A stretch of 45,095 bases of DNA from Bacteroidia bacterium (GTDB taxonomy: Bacteria > Bacteroidota > Bacteroidia > Bacteroidales > VadinHA17): contig JAPLDX010000057.1 in NCBI GenBank assembly GCA_026391215.1, positions 1-45,095 on the forward strand, written 5' to 3'. This document shows positions 1 through 9,392 of this stretch, in pieces (the stretch's first letter is position 1; every line of letters starts with the position of its first letter). The translations under genes and the position numbers were made by a program. The notes under the pieces are model-generated. The model was not told the DNA's origin, did not search any database, and saw only the letters and a program-made list of their open reading frames with translations.

Positions 1-97
1 TTGTATATTTCGGCTGTGCCTGCAAATGAACAATTCCTGCAAAACAAAAGAATGCAATCACTAAACAATGATGAACTCCTGCCTTAATAAGTCTCAT
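1..97 (-). CDS. 5' fragment of a second, paralogous periplasmic-sensor protein (continues beyond the window's left edge)
   Basis: ATG at 97-95 overlaps the upstream TGA (ATGA). The frame is open to the edge: MRLIKAGVHHCLVIAFFCFAGIVHLQAQPKYT. It shares LVIAFFCFAGIV..AQ with the N-terminus of 94..3363, and 28-61 matches 3273-3306 at 33/34 nt. Confidence 0.8.
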   Translation of the reverse strand, partial: MRLIKAGVHHCLVIAFFCFAGIVHLQAQPKYT

Positions 98-3000
98 ACA
101 GAAGGATTTATATTTAAAGGAAGCTTAAATTTAAAAATACTTCCTTTGCCAGATTCACTTTCAACCCATATCTTCCCACCATGTTTTTCAATAAATTCTT
201 TGCATAGCAGTAACCCAAGCCCTGTACTCGGTTCTCCATCTGTTCCTTTCCGGCTGGTCTTTTCACTCAGCAGAAACAGTTTGTTTTTCAATTCCGGGGT
301 CATACCAATTCCGGAATCACTGATTTCAACCTCAATGGAATTATCACTTTTAAAATCAGCTGTCACGCTTACTTTTCCTCCGACAGGGGTAAATTTTATC
401 GCATTGGAAACCAGGTTCCTGATGACGGAATCAAACATATGGTTATCAGCAAAAACCTCCATTTCATCAGGGATATTAATTGCTATTCCAATTCCCTTTT
501 TTCTTGAATATTCAGACAAGATATCCGTACATTCTTCAATTTTTTTCTTAAGGTTTAACCTTTCAGGAAGGAAATCCATCCGATCCTGCATCAGCCGTGA
601 CCATTCAAGAAGATTTTCAAGCAGGCTATATATATTTGTGGCTGATGTCTTCATACTCATCGTAATATCCATAATCTCTTCCTTTTCCATTGTCAGAATA
701 TCTTCAGTGAGTATCTGAGTAGCGCCAACAAATGCGCTTAATGGGCTTCGCAGGTCATGTGCAATGATTGAAAAGAATTTATCTTTTGAGGCATTGAGTT
801 CAAATAATTCTGCAGTTTTTGTTGCAACTAATTTTTCCAGCATTATCTTCTGATTATTCAAATGTCGGATACGCGAAAGAAAAATAAAAGCAAGCATGAA
901 GATTAATGTGCTGATAATAGTAATTCTGAACCACAATGTGTTCCACCACGGAGGCAAAATGATTATTCGTAATGACACTCCCTTTTCATTCCAAAGTTCA
1001 TCATTATTTGAGGCTTTTACTTTAAAAGTATATTCACCGGGGTCAAGGTTAGTATATGTGACATATCGCCTGGAGGCATTGGTATAATTCCACTCTTTTT
1101 CAAAACCTTCCATCATATAAGCATACTGATTTTTTTCAGGAAAGGTATAATTAATGGCAGCAAACGAAAATGAAAAGACCGATTGTCTCCAATTCAGAGT
1201 AATTTCTTTTGCTTCATTGATGTGTGTCTGAAATTGGCCTCCGGGAACTGAATAAATCACTGGTTTATTGAATATTTGGAAATCTGTGATATAAACGGGA
1301 GGGATGAAGTCATTATCTTTCAGGCTGTCAGGGCTAAAGGAGTTAAACCCATTGTATCCGCCAAAATATATTTCTCCTTTACTTGTTTTAAGAAAAGATT
1401 GCTGCTTAAACTGGTTGCCCTGTAAACCATCTTCTTTCGAATAATTCCTGAACTTCTGAGTTTTACGATCAAACCGGCTGATACCACCATTGCTGGAGAT
1501 CCAGATATTACCACCATTATCTTCAATAATTGCCTGAATCATATTGCTTGGCAAACCGCTGGAAATATCATAGGTATATATAATGGCTCCATCAGGTTTA
1601 CAAAAATATATTCCATTTGTACTGGTTCCTACCCATAGATTCCCGTCCTTATCTTTATAGAATGCAGATACAACATTATTCTGGAAATTATATTTCCTGA
1701 ATGAATTAGTTTTGTCGTCAAAGAAGTTTAGCCCGGTTGTCGTAGAAATCCACACATTTTTTTCAGAATCTTTAAAAAATATCCAATCTATATTACCAGA
1801 AATCGTTTTGGGATCATCCGGGTTATTTCTGAATCGTCTTATCACTCCATTGTTTTTGTCAAATAAATCGGTACCAACATTAAAAGTGCCTAACCATAAT
1901 GTATTATTTTTATCTATAGCAATATTCCAAATGGTTCTGCCTGAAATGCTTGATGGATTATTTTTATCGGGCAAGTAATGAAAAAAACTTCCTGTTTTTC
2001 TATCATACCGGTTAAGACCGGCATCCCAGGTACCAATCCAGATATCATTATCCTTATCTTCTGTAATACAAAGTACAGCATTCCCGCTTATACTATTTGG
2101 GTTGGAAGGTTCGTGCTTAAATATCGTAAATCTGCCTGTTTCAGGATCGTAGACATTAACCCCTCCTCCATCGGTACCTATCCAGATCAATCCCTGATGA
2201 TCTTCAAAAAAACAGATGACATTATTATACGATAACGAATTTGGATTACTGCCATTATATTTAAATATTCTAAACTTATAGTTTTTAGGATTATAATAAT
2301 TAACCCCGCCGCCGGAGGTCCCTATCCATAAAATTCCTTCCCTGTCTCTGTGAAAACACCAGATTCCGTTGTTATTTAGACCTTCATCATTTGTATTATC
2401 ATACATGAAATACTCAAAAGTTTTGGATATTTTGCTAAAACGGTTTATCCCTCCCTGATCAACCGCGAGCAATAAATGTTGTTCGTCATCCGGCAGGATA
2501 TCAAGAATAACCTTTTGATTGGTTCCTTTCCCATCTCCTGTTGATCCGAACTGTTCAAATTTATTGGTTGACGGATCATAAGAAAAGAATCCGTTACCAT
2601 CTGTTGAAATCCATATTTTATCCTGATTATCAATATATAAGCTTTTAAAACAATCGCTTCCTAAATCAACAGACGCATCTTCAAATTTGGTAAAAATGCC
2701 CGATTCCGAATCAAAACGGAGGATTCCCCGGCTCAGAGAAACTAACCAAAGGTATCCTTTTGAATCAGTTGCAATCATTTTCGCTGGGCGGGAGTTTAAA
2801 TAAACCTTCTCATTCTCAAATTGATATCTAATAAAACTCTGAGTCTTAGAATCCCATTTATTCAGGCAATTCTCCCCTGTAACAATCCAAAGATTTCCAT
2901 CTTTATCTTCGGTAATACCGCTAATGTAGTTGCTGTTTATACTTGTTTTATCGCCAGGATTGTTTTTAAATACTTTAAAATTATCTTTAACCGGATCGAA

Positions 3001-3363
3001 TAAATTTAGACCATTAACAGTGCCAAACCACAGATTTCTTTCCCTGTCCTCATAGATACATATTATATTATTATTGCTGATCGAGCCGGGTTGATTTTCA
3101 TTAAAATTGTATTTTTTAATCTCATAACTATTGTATTTATCAAGGCCTTCCTCGGTTCCAATCCAAAGATAATCTTTACTATCTCTGTATAGACACCGTA
3201 CGCGGTTACTCGATAAACCATCATCAACCGTGAGGTGACCAAATCTTGAATATTGCTGCTGCGCCTTCGAAGGAACAATTCCCGCAAAACAAAAGAATGC
3301 AATCACCAGGGACCATCTTATAGAATGATTTCCAATTAGTTTAAGACTAAAATAATCAAACAC
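94..3363 (-). CDS. Sensor histidine kinase with two-component regulator beta-propeller repeats, Y_Y_Y domain, TM helix, HisKA and HATPase_c (no receiver or AraC domain)
   Basis: Signal peptide; repeated D..G.LWIGT..GL units; YTNLDPGEYTFKVKASN then PPWW and a TM helix; H-box IIAHDLRSP; N-box NLVSNAIKF; G-boxes DSGIG and GLGL. GTG start is uncertain. Confidence 0.92.
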   Translation of the reverse strand: MFDYFSLKLIGNHSIRWSLVIAFFCFAGIVPSKAQQQYSRFGHLTVDDGLSSNRVRCLYRDSKDYLWIGTEEGLDKYNSYEIKKYNFNENQPGSISNNNIICIYEDRERNLWFGTVNGLNLFDPVKDNFKVFKNNPGDKTSINSNYISGITEDKDGNLWIVTGENCLNKWDSKTQSFIRYQFENEKVYLNSRPAKMIATDSKGYLWLVSLSRGILRFDSESGIFTKFEDASVDLGSDCFKSLYIDNQDKIWISTDGNGFFSYDPSTNKFEQFGSTGDGKGTNQKVILDILPDDEQHLLLAVDQGGINRFSKISKTFEYFMYDNTNDEGLNNNGIWCFHRDREGILWIGTSGGGVNYYNPKNYKFRIFKYNGSNPNSLSYNNVICFFEDHQGLIWIGTDGGGVNVYDPETGRFTIFKHEPSNPNSISGNAVLCITEDKDNDIWIGTWDAGLNRYDRKTGSFFHYLPDKNNPSSISGRTIWNIAIDKNNTLWLGTFNVGTDLFDKNNGVIRRFRNNPDDPKTISGNIDWIFFKDSEKNVWISTTTGLNFFDDKTNSFRKYNFQNNVVSAFYKDKDGNLWVGTSTNGIYFCKPDGAIIYTYDISSGLPSNMIQAIIEDNGGNIWISSNGGISRFDRKTQKFRNYSKEDGLQGNQFKQQSFLKTSKGEIYFGGYNGFNSFSPDSLKDNDFIPPVYITDFQIFNKPVIYSVPGGQFQTHINEAKEITLNWRQSVFSFSFAAINYTFPEKNQYAYMMEGFEKEWNYTNASRRYVTYTNLDPGEYTFKVKASNNDELWNEKGVSLRIIILPPWWNTLWFRITIISTLIFMLAFIFLSRIRHLNNQKIMLEKLVATKTAELFELNASKDKFFSIIAHDLRSPLSAFVGATQILTEDILTMEKEEIMDITMSMKTSATNIYSLLENLLEWSRLMQDRMDFLPERLNLKKKIEECTDILSEYSRKKGIGIAINIPDEMEVFADNHMFDSVIRNLVSNAIKFTPVGGKVSVTADFKSDNSIEVEISDSGIGMTPELKNKLFLLSEKTSRKGTDGEPSTGLGLLLCKEFIEKHGGKIWVESESGKGSIFKFKLPLNINPSV

Positions 3364-3543
3364 TGCTTTTTACATTATTAAGAATTTAATTGCACAAAAA
3401 ATAATTATACTTTTAAAGATATAGCTTTTTTAGCTTATAAGTTTAGTCTCTTAAGAAAACTACATCCGGTTGATTGTCCATTTTATCTGATTATAACTAA
3501 AAGTGAGTATTTTTAAATCGGAAAATAACTGATAAGAAAAACC

Positions 3544-5556
3544 ATGAAAAGAATTCCGGTAACTGCTTTTATATTGCTTCTTGCAATTATGATAAGCACT
3601 GATGGATATTGTCAGATTATTGATAGCATATCATTTTTGATGAACTCCAGACTGAGTTTCTATTCATTTGAAAATGAGGCTGAAATGATTCTTCATGTTC
3701 CTCAAAACCTGATTTACAATAAAATAGAAGTATCGGTGACATCAGGCAGCAATGAATTAACAACATGGAAAGGCATGCCGGGGAAAAAGCTGTTAAGGAT
3801 ACCATTTAAATTTAATCTTCAGCCTGATGATTATAAGGTAATTGCTGATATCACTGTATCAGGGAGGGATTCGAAGTACATGGCTTCGGCAGATCTTATT
3901 ATCCTGAATTATAAGCCAGGTGAAGTAAAAACCGACAGGCTTTCGGGAGGTCTTATTGTAAATAAAAGACAGTTTTTCCCTTTTGGATTTTACTGTTATT
4001 CACCTGTTCAGCCCACATTGCCTGAGGAAGAGATCGTAAAAGGATTTAACCTGATCTCTCCATACCAGAAAATATCACCTGAGACTTTCAATGAAAGAAA
4101 AGCTTATATGGACCGGTGCGCACAGTTGGGTATGAAAGTACATTATAATCTTCTTTCAGTTTCAGGAGGTGGAGGAGTAAGCTCTAAGATTGACGGCATC
4201 AGTGATGAGCAGAAAAAGGAATTGCTTATAAATGAGGTTATTGCATTTAGGGACCACCCTGCTTTGCTAGCATGGTATATTGCAGATGAACCGACCGGGC
4301 GGGATATTTCTCCCGAAGTCCTGGAAGAAACTTACAGAACAATCAGGGAATATGATCTCTGGCATCCGGTCACAATTGTTTTTATGGCTCCTTTCCTCTC
4401 ATCAAAATTATATTCAGGTGCTCTTGATATTGTAATGGCCGATCCCTATCCGGTACCTGATATGCCGGTAACATTTGTCGGTAATATTACAGGACAGCTC
4501 TCTGCTGAGTTTGCAGGCAGTAAACCAATCTGGGTAGTACCACAGGCATTCGGCGGCGGAGAATGGTGGAGCCGCGAACCGTCGCTCCAGGAGTTAAGAT
4601 CAATGACTTACCAGGCAATAATAAAGGGAGCCAGGGGAATTCAATATTTTATAAGGCAAGGGCTTAATTTCTTTCCGAAATCAACAGCCACCTGGAGTGA
4701 ATGCGGCAGGATGGCAGTTGAAATCGCGGAACTGACTCCATGGCTCCTTTCGGATGAGGAGACAATCCCTGTAAGATCAGTGTCACAGGACATTATTGTG
4801 TCTTCAGCAGTTCATAACGGACAGCTTATGATTCTGGCAGTAAATAAGACAAATGCTCCACAGAGGGCTGAGTACAAAATATCAGGAATGATCTCCGGAA
4901 AAGCCAGGGTTCTTTTCGAAAATCGTTCTGTCAGCATCAGTGCAGGTTATTTTACAGACCAGATCTCTTCATTAGGATCCCAGGCATATCTTATTGATAT
5001 TAAGCCTGATAAAGACACTTTAAAACCTTATCCCGGTAACCTTATTAAAGATCCGGGATTTGAAGATATCTCAAGCCCCGGAGTGCCTGCATCATGCTAT
5101 GCGCGCAACGGCGGCGACAGAGGTGCAACATATTTTCTTGATTCAAGGGAACATATTGAGGGAAACCACTCTCTCAGGCTTGTCACCCCGGAAGAGAACA
5201 GGGGTGTCAGGCTCAGGTTCTTTCCTGTATCTGTAATGAACGGCAGAAAATATCTTATATCAATCTGGGCCAGGTCAGATCCGGAGCAGGGATTGGACGG
5301 AAATGAGAGCATAAAACCCAGGGAGTTTGAGATTGCCCTCGGAGAATCAGGCAGCAAAAAGTTTGCAATGGAAAGCGACTGGAAAAAATTTGTAACAATT
5401 GTTACAATTCCATACGATACCGATCAGCCTCCCAGAACAAATGTCATACTGCAGATGCCTTCAGCAGGAGTCGCCTGGTTCGATATGCTGCAGGTTATTG
5501 AGTGTGATGATATTAAACAAAGTATAAATCCTGAGCTTAATTATATTGAATTTTAA
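3544..5556 (+). CDS. Secreted uncharacterised glycoside-hydrolase-like protein (putative clan GH-A TIM barrel) with C-terminal CBM4/9-like domain
   Basis: Signal peptide; FFPFGFY, HPALLAWYIADEP, ADPYP and PIWVVPQAFG motifs; the C-terminal module begins NLIKDPGFE and ends AWFDMLQV. Confidence 0.55.
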   Translation: MKRIPVTAFILLLAIMISTDGYCQIIDSISFLMNSRLSFYSFENEAEMILHVPQNLIYNKIEVSVTSGSNELTTWKGMPGKKLLRIPFKFNLQPDDYKVIADITVSGRDSKYMASADLIILNYKPGEVKTDRLSGGLIVNKRQFFPFGFYCYSPVQPTLPEEEIVKGFNLISPYQKISPETFNERKAYMDRCAQLGMKVHYNLLSVSGGGGVSSKIDGISDEQKKELLINEVIAFRDHPALLAWYIADEPTGRDISPEVLEETYRTIREYDLWHPVTIVFMAPFLSSKLYSGALDIVMADPYPVPDMPVTFVGNITGQLSAEFAGSKPIWVVPQAFGGGEWWSREPSLQELRSMTYQAIIKGARGIQYFIRQGLNFFPKSTATWSECGRMAVEIAELTPWLLSDEETIPVRSVSQDIIVSSAVHNGQLMILAVNKTNAPQRAEYKISGMISGKARVLFENRSVSISAGYFTDQISSLGSQAYLIDIKPDKDTLKPYPGNLIKDPGFEDISSPGVPASCYARNGGDRGATYFLDSREHIEGNHSLRLVTPEENRGVRLRFFPVSVMNGRKYLISIWARSDPEQGLDGNESIKPREFEIALGESGSKKFAMESDWKKFVTIVTIPYDTDQPPRTNVILQMPSAGVAWFDMLQVIECDDIKQSINPELNYIEF

Positions 5557-5566
5557 TAATCAACCT

Positions 5567-7624
5567 ATGAACAGGACTATTTTCACCTTTATGATGGTTT
5601 CCATCCTTATGCTTTCAGGTTGTAAAACTGATCAGACAAATGTCAATTATAAAAGCAATCCTGAGCCCTTGATGCAAAATGCTTATATCAAGCTTCCCCT
5701 TGGTTCTATAAAGCCGGAAGGATGGCTGAAGTCACAGCTTGAAGCTCAGGCTGCAGGATTAACAGGAAATATTGACGATTTCTGGCCTGACCTCGTCAAT
5801 TCATCCTGGCGCGGAGGTGACAGTGAAGCCTGGGAAAGAGGTCCCTATTTTCTGGATGGCCTTGTCCCTCTTGCTTATCTCCTTGATGATGAACATCTTA
5901 AAGAAAAAGTAAAAACATGGATTGAACCTATACTTTCAACTAGCAATGATACAGGCTGGTATGGCCCTGCACAAAACAGGGACCGCTGGCCGCTGGCAGT
6001 TGCCAATAAAGTCCTGATGCAATACTATGAGGCCACTTCGGATGCCCGGGCACTTGATGTACTGACAAAGTATTTCCGCTATCTGCATGATACTCCGCCC
6101 GACTGGCCTGACGGGGACTGGCGTGGTGTAAGGGCAATGGAAAATGCAGTCACCGGCTACTGGTTGTATCGTCAGACAGGCGAGCCATGGATATTGGAAA
6201 CAATAGAGTCAATTCAGAAAAACTGTTTTGACTGGAGCGCATATTATGAGAAATTTCCCTGGGACTCTGCAGCGCTGGCTGAAAAGAGGATTCCAACTGC
6301 AACATGGACAGGTCTTACAGCACACGGGGTAAACAATGGAATGGCAATAAAATACCCGGGATTATGGTACCAGCAATCGGGTGACGAGAGATATAAAAAT
6401 GCTGTCTTTGACGGAATAAGAAAATACGATCTTAATCATGGCCAGGCAGGAGGCAGGTTCTCATGTGATGAACATCTGTCAGGCCGAAGCCCTGACCGCG
6501 GAACAGAACTGTGCAACGTGGTTGAATATATGTTCTCTCTCGAAGAACTATATGCTATTTTCGGGGATAACAGCCTGGCAGACAGACTCGAACTTCTGAC
6601 ATTCAATTCCCTCCCGGGGACAACTACACCGGATATGTGGGCCCATCAGTACGATCAACAAACTAATCAGGTGCTCGTAACAGGACAGAAAAGAGATTGG
6701 GCATCAAACGGAGACTATTCAAATATTTATGGTTTGATGCCAAACTTTGCCTGCTGCCTTGCAAATATGCATCAGGGATGGCCCAAGTTTACAGAGAGCC
6801 TCTGGATGGCTACAAATGATAATGGTCTCATTGCCGTGGCATACAGTCCTTCAACAGTAAAGGCAAAAGTCGGCAAAGGAATAGAAATAACCATAACTGA
6901 AGAAACTGAATATCCTTTTAAAGGTGATATAAAATTAAGGGTGAGTACAGGCGCATCCATAAGGTTCCCTCTCTATCTGAGAATACCGGGCTGGGCAGAT
7001 AGTTCTGCCATCAGCTTCAAAGGAAAGACAGTAACAGGGAGAGGTGGTTCAACAGTCAAATTAAACGAAAAATGGGATGACGGAGATATAATCAGCCTGC
7101 GGTTGCCATTTAAAATAAGAACAGAAAAAAGGTATAATAATTCGGAATCGGTCCTTCGCGGTCCTCTTTATTTCTCGTTGAGAATTGAAAAAGAGTATAA
7201 AAGTGTGAAGATCAATTATGACAACTTTGGTTACAAAGGTAGCGTGGACTGGGAAATAAATTCCATGAGTCCATGGAATTACGGATTGATGATTGATCCC
7301 ATAAACCAGGAAAGGGGATTTGAAGTAGCTGATAATCCTGTAACAAAGTATCCGTTTGCAGACAAGGGAGATATGATCTGGACTCCGGATTCAGGAAAAT
7401 ATGTAGCCTGGGATAAGGAAGCTGCTGTTGTAATAACTGCCAGAGGGATGAAGATCCCCGGATGGGGCATGAGAAATAATTCTGCGGATATTCCTCCACT
7501 TAGCCCTGTGAAACCTGAAGGAAGGACAGAGGTGATCCAGCTTGTTCCATACGGCAGCGCTAAACTCAGGATAACTGAATTTCCGGTAATAGACTTGACG
7601 CAAATGGAGGATGTAATCAGATAG
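5567..7624 (+). CDS. GH127/GH146-family (beta-L-arabinofuranosidase-like) lipoprotein
   Basis: LPLGSIKPEGWL; WERGPYFLDG; GTELC and ACC Cys/Glu metal-site motifs; TEYPF..LRIPGW; lipobox LSGC. ATG 5567 is preferred over TTG 5546. Confidence 0.85.
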   Translation: MNRTIFTFMMVSILMLSGCKTDQTNVNYKSNPEPLMQNAYIKLPLGSIKPEGWLKSQLEAQAAGLTGNIDDFWPDLVNSSWRGGDSEAWERGPYFLDGLVPLAYLLDDEHLKEKVKTWIEPILSTSNDTGWYGPAQNRDRWPLAVANKVLMQYYEATSDARALDVLTKYFRYLHDTPPDWPDGDWRGVRAMENAVTGYWLYRQTGEPWILETIESIQKNCFDWSAYYEKFPWDSAALAEKRIPTATWTGLTAHGVNNGMAIKYPGLWYQQSGDERYKNAVFDGIRKYDLNHGQAGGRFSCDEHLSGRSPDRGTELCNVVEYMFSLEELYAIFGDNSLADRLELLTFNSLPGTTTPDMWAHQYDQQTNQVLVTGQKRDWASNGDYSNIYGLMPNFACCLANMHQGWPKFTESLWMATNDNGLIAVAYSPSTVKAKVGKGIEITITEETEYPFKGDIKLRVSTGASIRFPLYLRIPGWADSSAISFKGKTVTGRGGSTVKLNEKWDDGDIISLRLPFKIRTEKRYNNSESVLRGPLYFSLRIEKEYKSVKINYDNFGYKGSVDWEINSMSPWNYGLMIDPINQERGFEVADNPVTKYPFADKGDMIWTPDSGKYVAWDKEAAVVITARGMKIPGWGMRNNSADIPPLSPVKPEGRTEVIQLVPYGSAKLRITEFPVIDLTQMEDVIR

Positions 7625-9392
7625 GTTCCGTTTTAACTTTCAGCCACATTTTTTCACTTTCAGTCAGGTGCGGGCTTATTCTATCATAAACTTCCGTATG
7701 ATACCTGTTCAGCCAGTCTATCTCTTTTTGTTCCAGTAATGATTTATCAATCAATGATTTGTCAATATAACACAAAGAGACAGTATCAAACCTCAGGAAT
7801 TGTCCGAAATCGGTCTCTTCATCCTCATAGCATAAAATAAGATTCTCTGTCCTTATTCCGTACTCGCTTTCCCGGTAAATTGCCGGCTCATTTGAAATGA
7901 GCATCCCCGGTTCTATGATAGTTTTATTGTCTGCAGGACTTATACTCTGCGGACCCTCATGTACGTTAAGACAGTACCCTACTCCATGCCCTGTTCCATG
8001 CCCGTAATTCAATCCCTGTTCCCATAATGGTTTCCTGGCCAGTATGTCAAGCTGGAATCCTCTTGTCCCAAGCGGAAATTTAGCCATAGCCAGGCTGATA
8101 TTTCCTTTAAGAACCAGGGTGAAATCCTTCTTCTGCTGCTGAGTAGGAATCCCTATCGAAATTGTCCGTGTAATATCGGTGGTACCACCATAATATTGTC
8201 CGCCGGAATCTGAAAGGAGAATGCCATTCTCCTCTATTTCTGAATCAGTCTCAGGTTTTGCAGCATAGTGAGGCAATGCCGCGTTTTCATTAAATGCCAG
8301 GATGGTTGCAAACGATGGTCCCAGGAATCCATCCTGCTGTGATCTGAATTTCAGAAGCCTCCCTGCAAGAAAAACCTCAGTCATTGGCACTTTCCCAAGG
8401 CTGCTTTCAATCCAGCAGAAGAATTTTGACAGGGCAACACCATCCTTAACCATTACCTTCCCGATATTTTCTATTTCGGTTTTATTCTTTATTGCCTTCA
8501 TACGGGAAGGAATGCTAATATCCTCAGAAATCTTAAGGTAATCAGGCAGAGAATAAAAAAGTGCCGTAGAAGTGGTCCCTGGAGTAATAAGTATGGATGA
8601 ACCTTCCCTGAAAGATGAAAAAATATTGCTGTACTCTTCATAGGGAAGGATAACAATACCGAATTTGTCGAATCCCGAGGCTAGCTCCGCAGGAATTTTG
8701 TTTTCGTCTGTGAACAGCAATATCTGCTCCTCTCCTATTATAGCGAAGGATATCAATAAAGGAGTGAATGGCACATCGCGGCCTCTTATATTCAGCAGCC
8801 ACATTATATCGTCAATTGAGGTAAGAAGATGATAATTTACCTTTTCCTTTTTCATCTGTTCCCTTACCCCGGCAATCTTCAATGATCTCTCCTTCCCTGA
8901 AAACTCAACAGGATGATCAAAAGCCATTGATGATGGTAATGCAGGACGATCAGTCCACATATCTCCAATCAGGTCACAGTTGAAATCTATCTTCACCCTG
9001 TTGTTAATCAGTCTGTCCTCCAGTTTTCTGAATGAACTGATAGAATAGATCCGGCCGTCGAGTGCTATCTTACTTTCGGGACTAATATTTCCGGCAAGCC
9101 AGTCAATATAATCCATATCGGGACCTGGACTGATCAGTTTAAAGCCTGAACCTTCAAGCTGTTTTTCGGCCTGTATGAAATACCTTGAATCGGTCCAAAG
9201 ACCTGCAAATGTATCTGTTATGACAACAGTACCTGCTGATCCGGTAAAACCGGTTAACCATGAAATTATCTTCCAGTGATCAGGTATGTTTTCCCCCAGA
9301 TGAGGGTCAGATGAAGGAATAATATAAGCATCAATGCTGTTCTGTTTCAAAGCATCCCGAAGGAGAGCAAGCTTTTCAACAGATGAGCTCAT
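7617..9392 (-). CDS. Aminopeptidase P (Xaa-Pro aminopeptidase, M24B)
   Basis: WTDSRYFIQA; DSGGQY..GTTDITRT; HGTGHGVG..LNVHEGPQ; SNEP; GIRTEN. Confidence 0.93.
   Translation of the reverse strand: MSSSVEKLALLRDALKQNSIDAYIIPSSDPHLGENIPDHWKIISWLTGFTGSAGTVVITDTFAGLWTDSRYFIQAEKQLEGSGFKLISPGPDMDYIDWLAGNISPESKIALDGRIYSISSFRKLEDRLINNRVKIDFNCDLIGDMWTDRPALPSSMAFDHPVEFSGKERSLKIAGVREQMKKEKVNYHLLTSIDDIMWLLNIRGRDVPFTPLLISFAIIGEEQILLFTDENKIPAELASGFDKFGIVILPYEEYSNIFSSFREGSSILITPGTTSTALFYSLPDYLKISEDISIPSRMKAIKNKTEIENIGKVMVKDGVALSKFFCWIESSLGKVPMTEVFLAGRLLKFRSQQDGFLGPSFATILAFNENAALPHYAAKPETDSEIEENGILLSDSGGQYYGGTTDITRTISIGIPTQQQKKDFTLVLKGNISLAMAKFPLGTRGFQLDILARKPLWEQGLNYGHGTGHGVGYCLNVHEGPQSISPADNKTIIEPGMLISNEPAIYRESEYGIRTENLILCYEDEETDFGQFLRFDTVSLCYIDKSLIDKSLLEQKEIDWLNRYHTEVYDRISPHLTESEKMWLKVKTEPI

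Noticed and set aside
68-718. 216-aa plus-strand ORF
   Set aside because: Antisense shadow of the kinase HisKA/HATPase region with no recognisable motifs.
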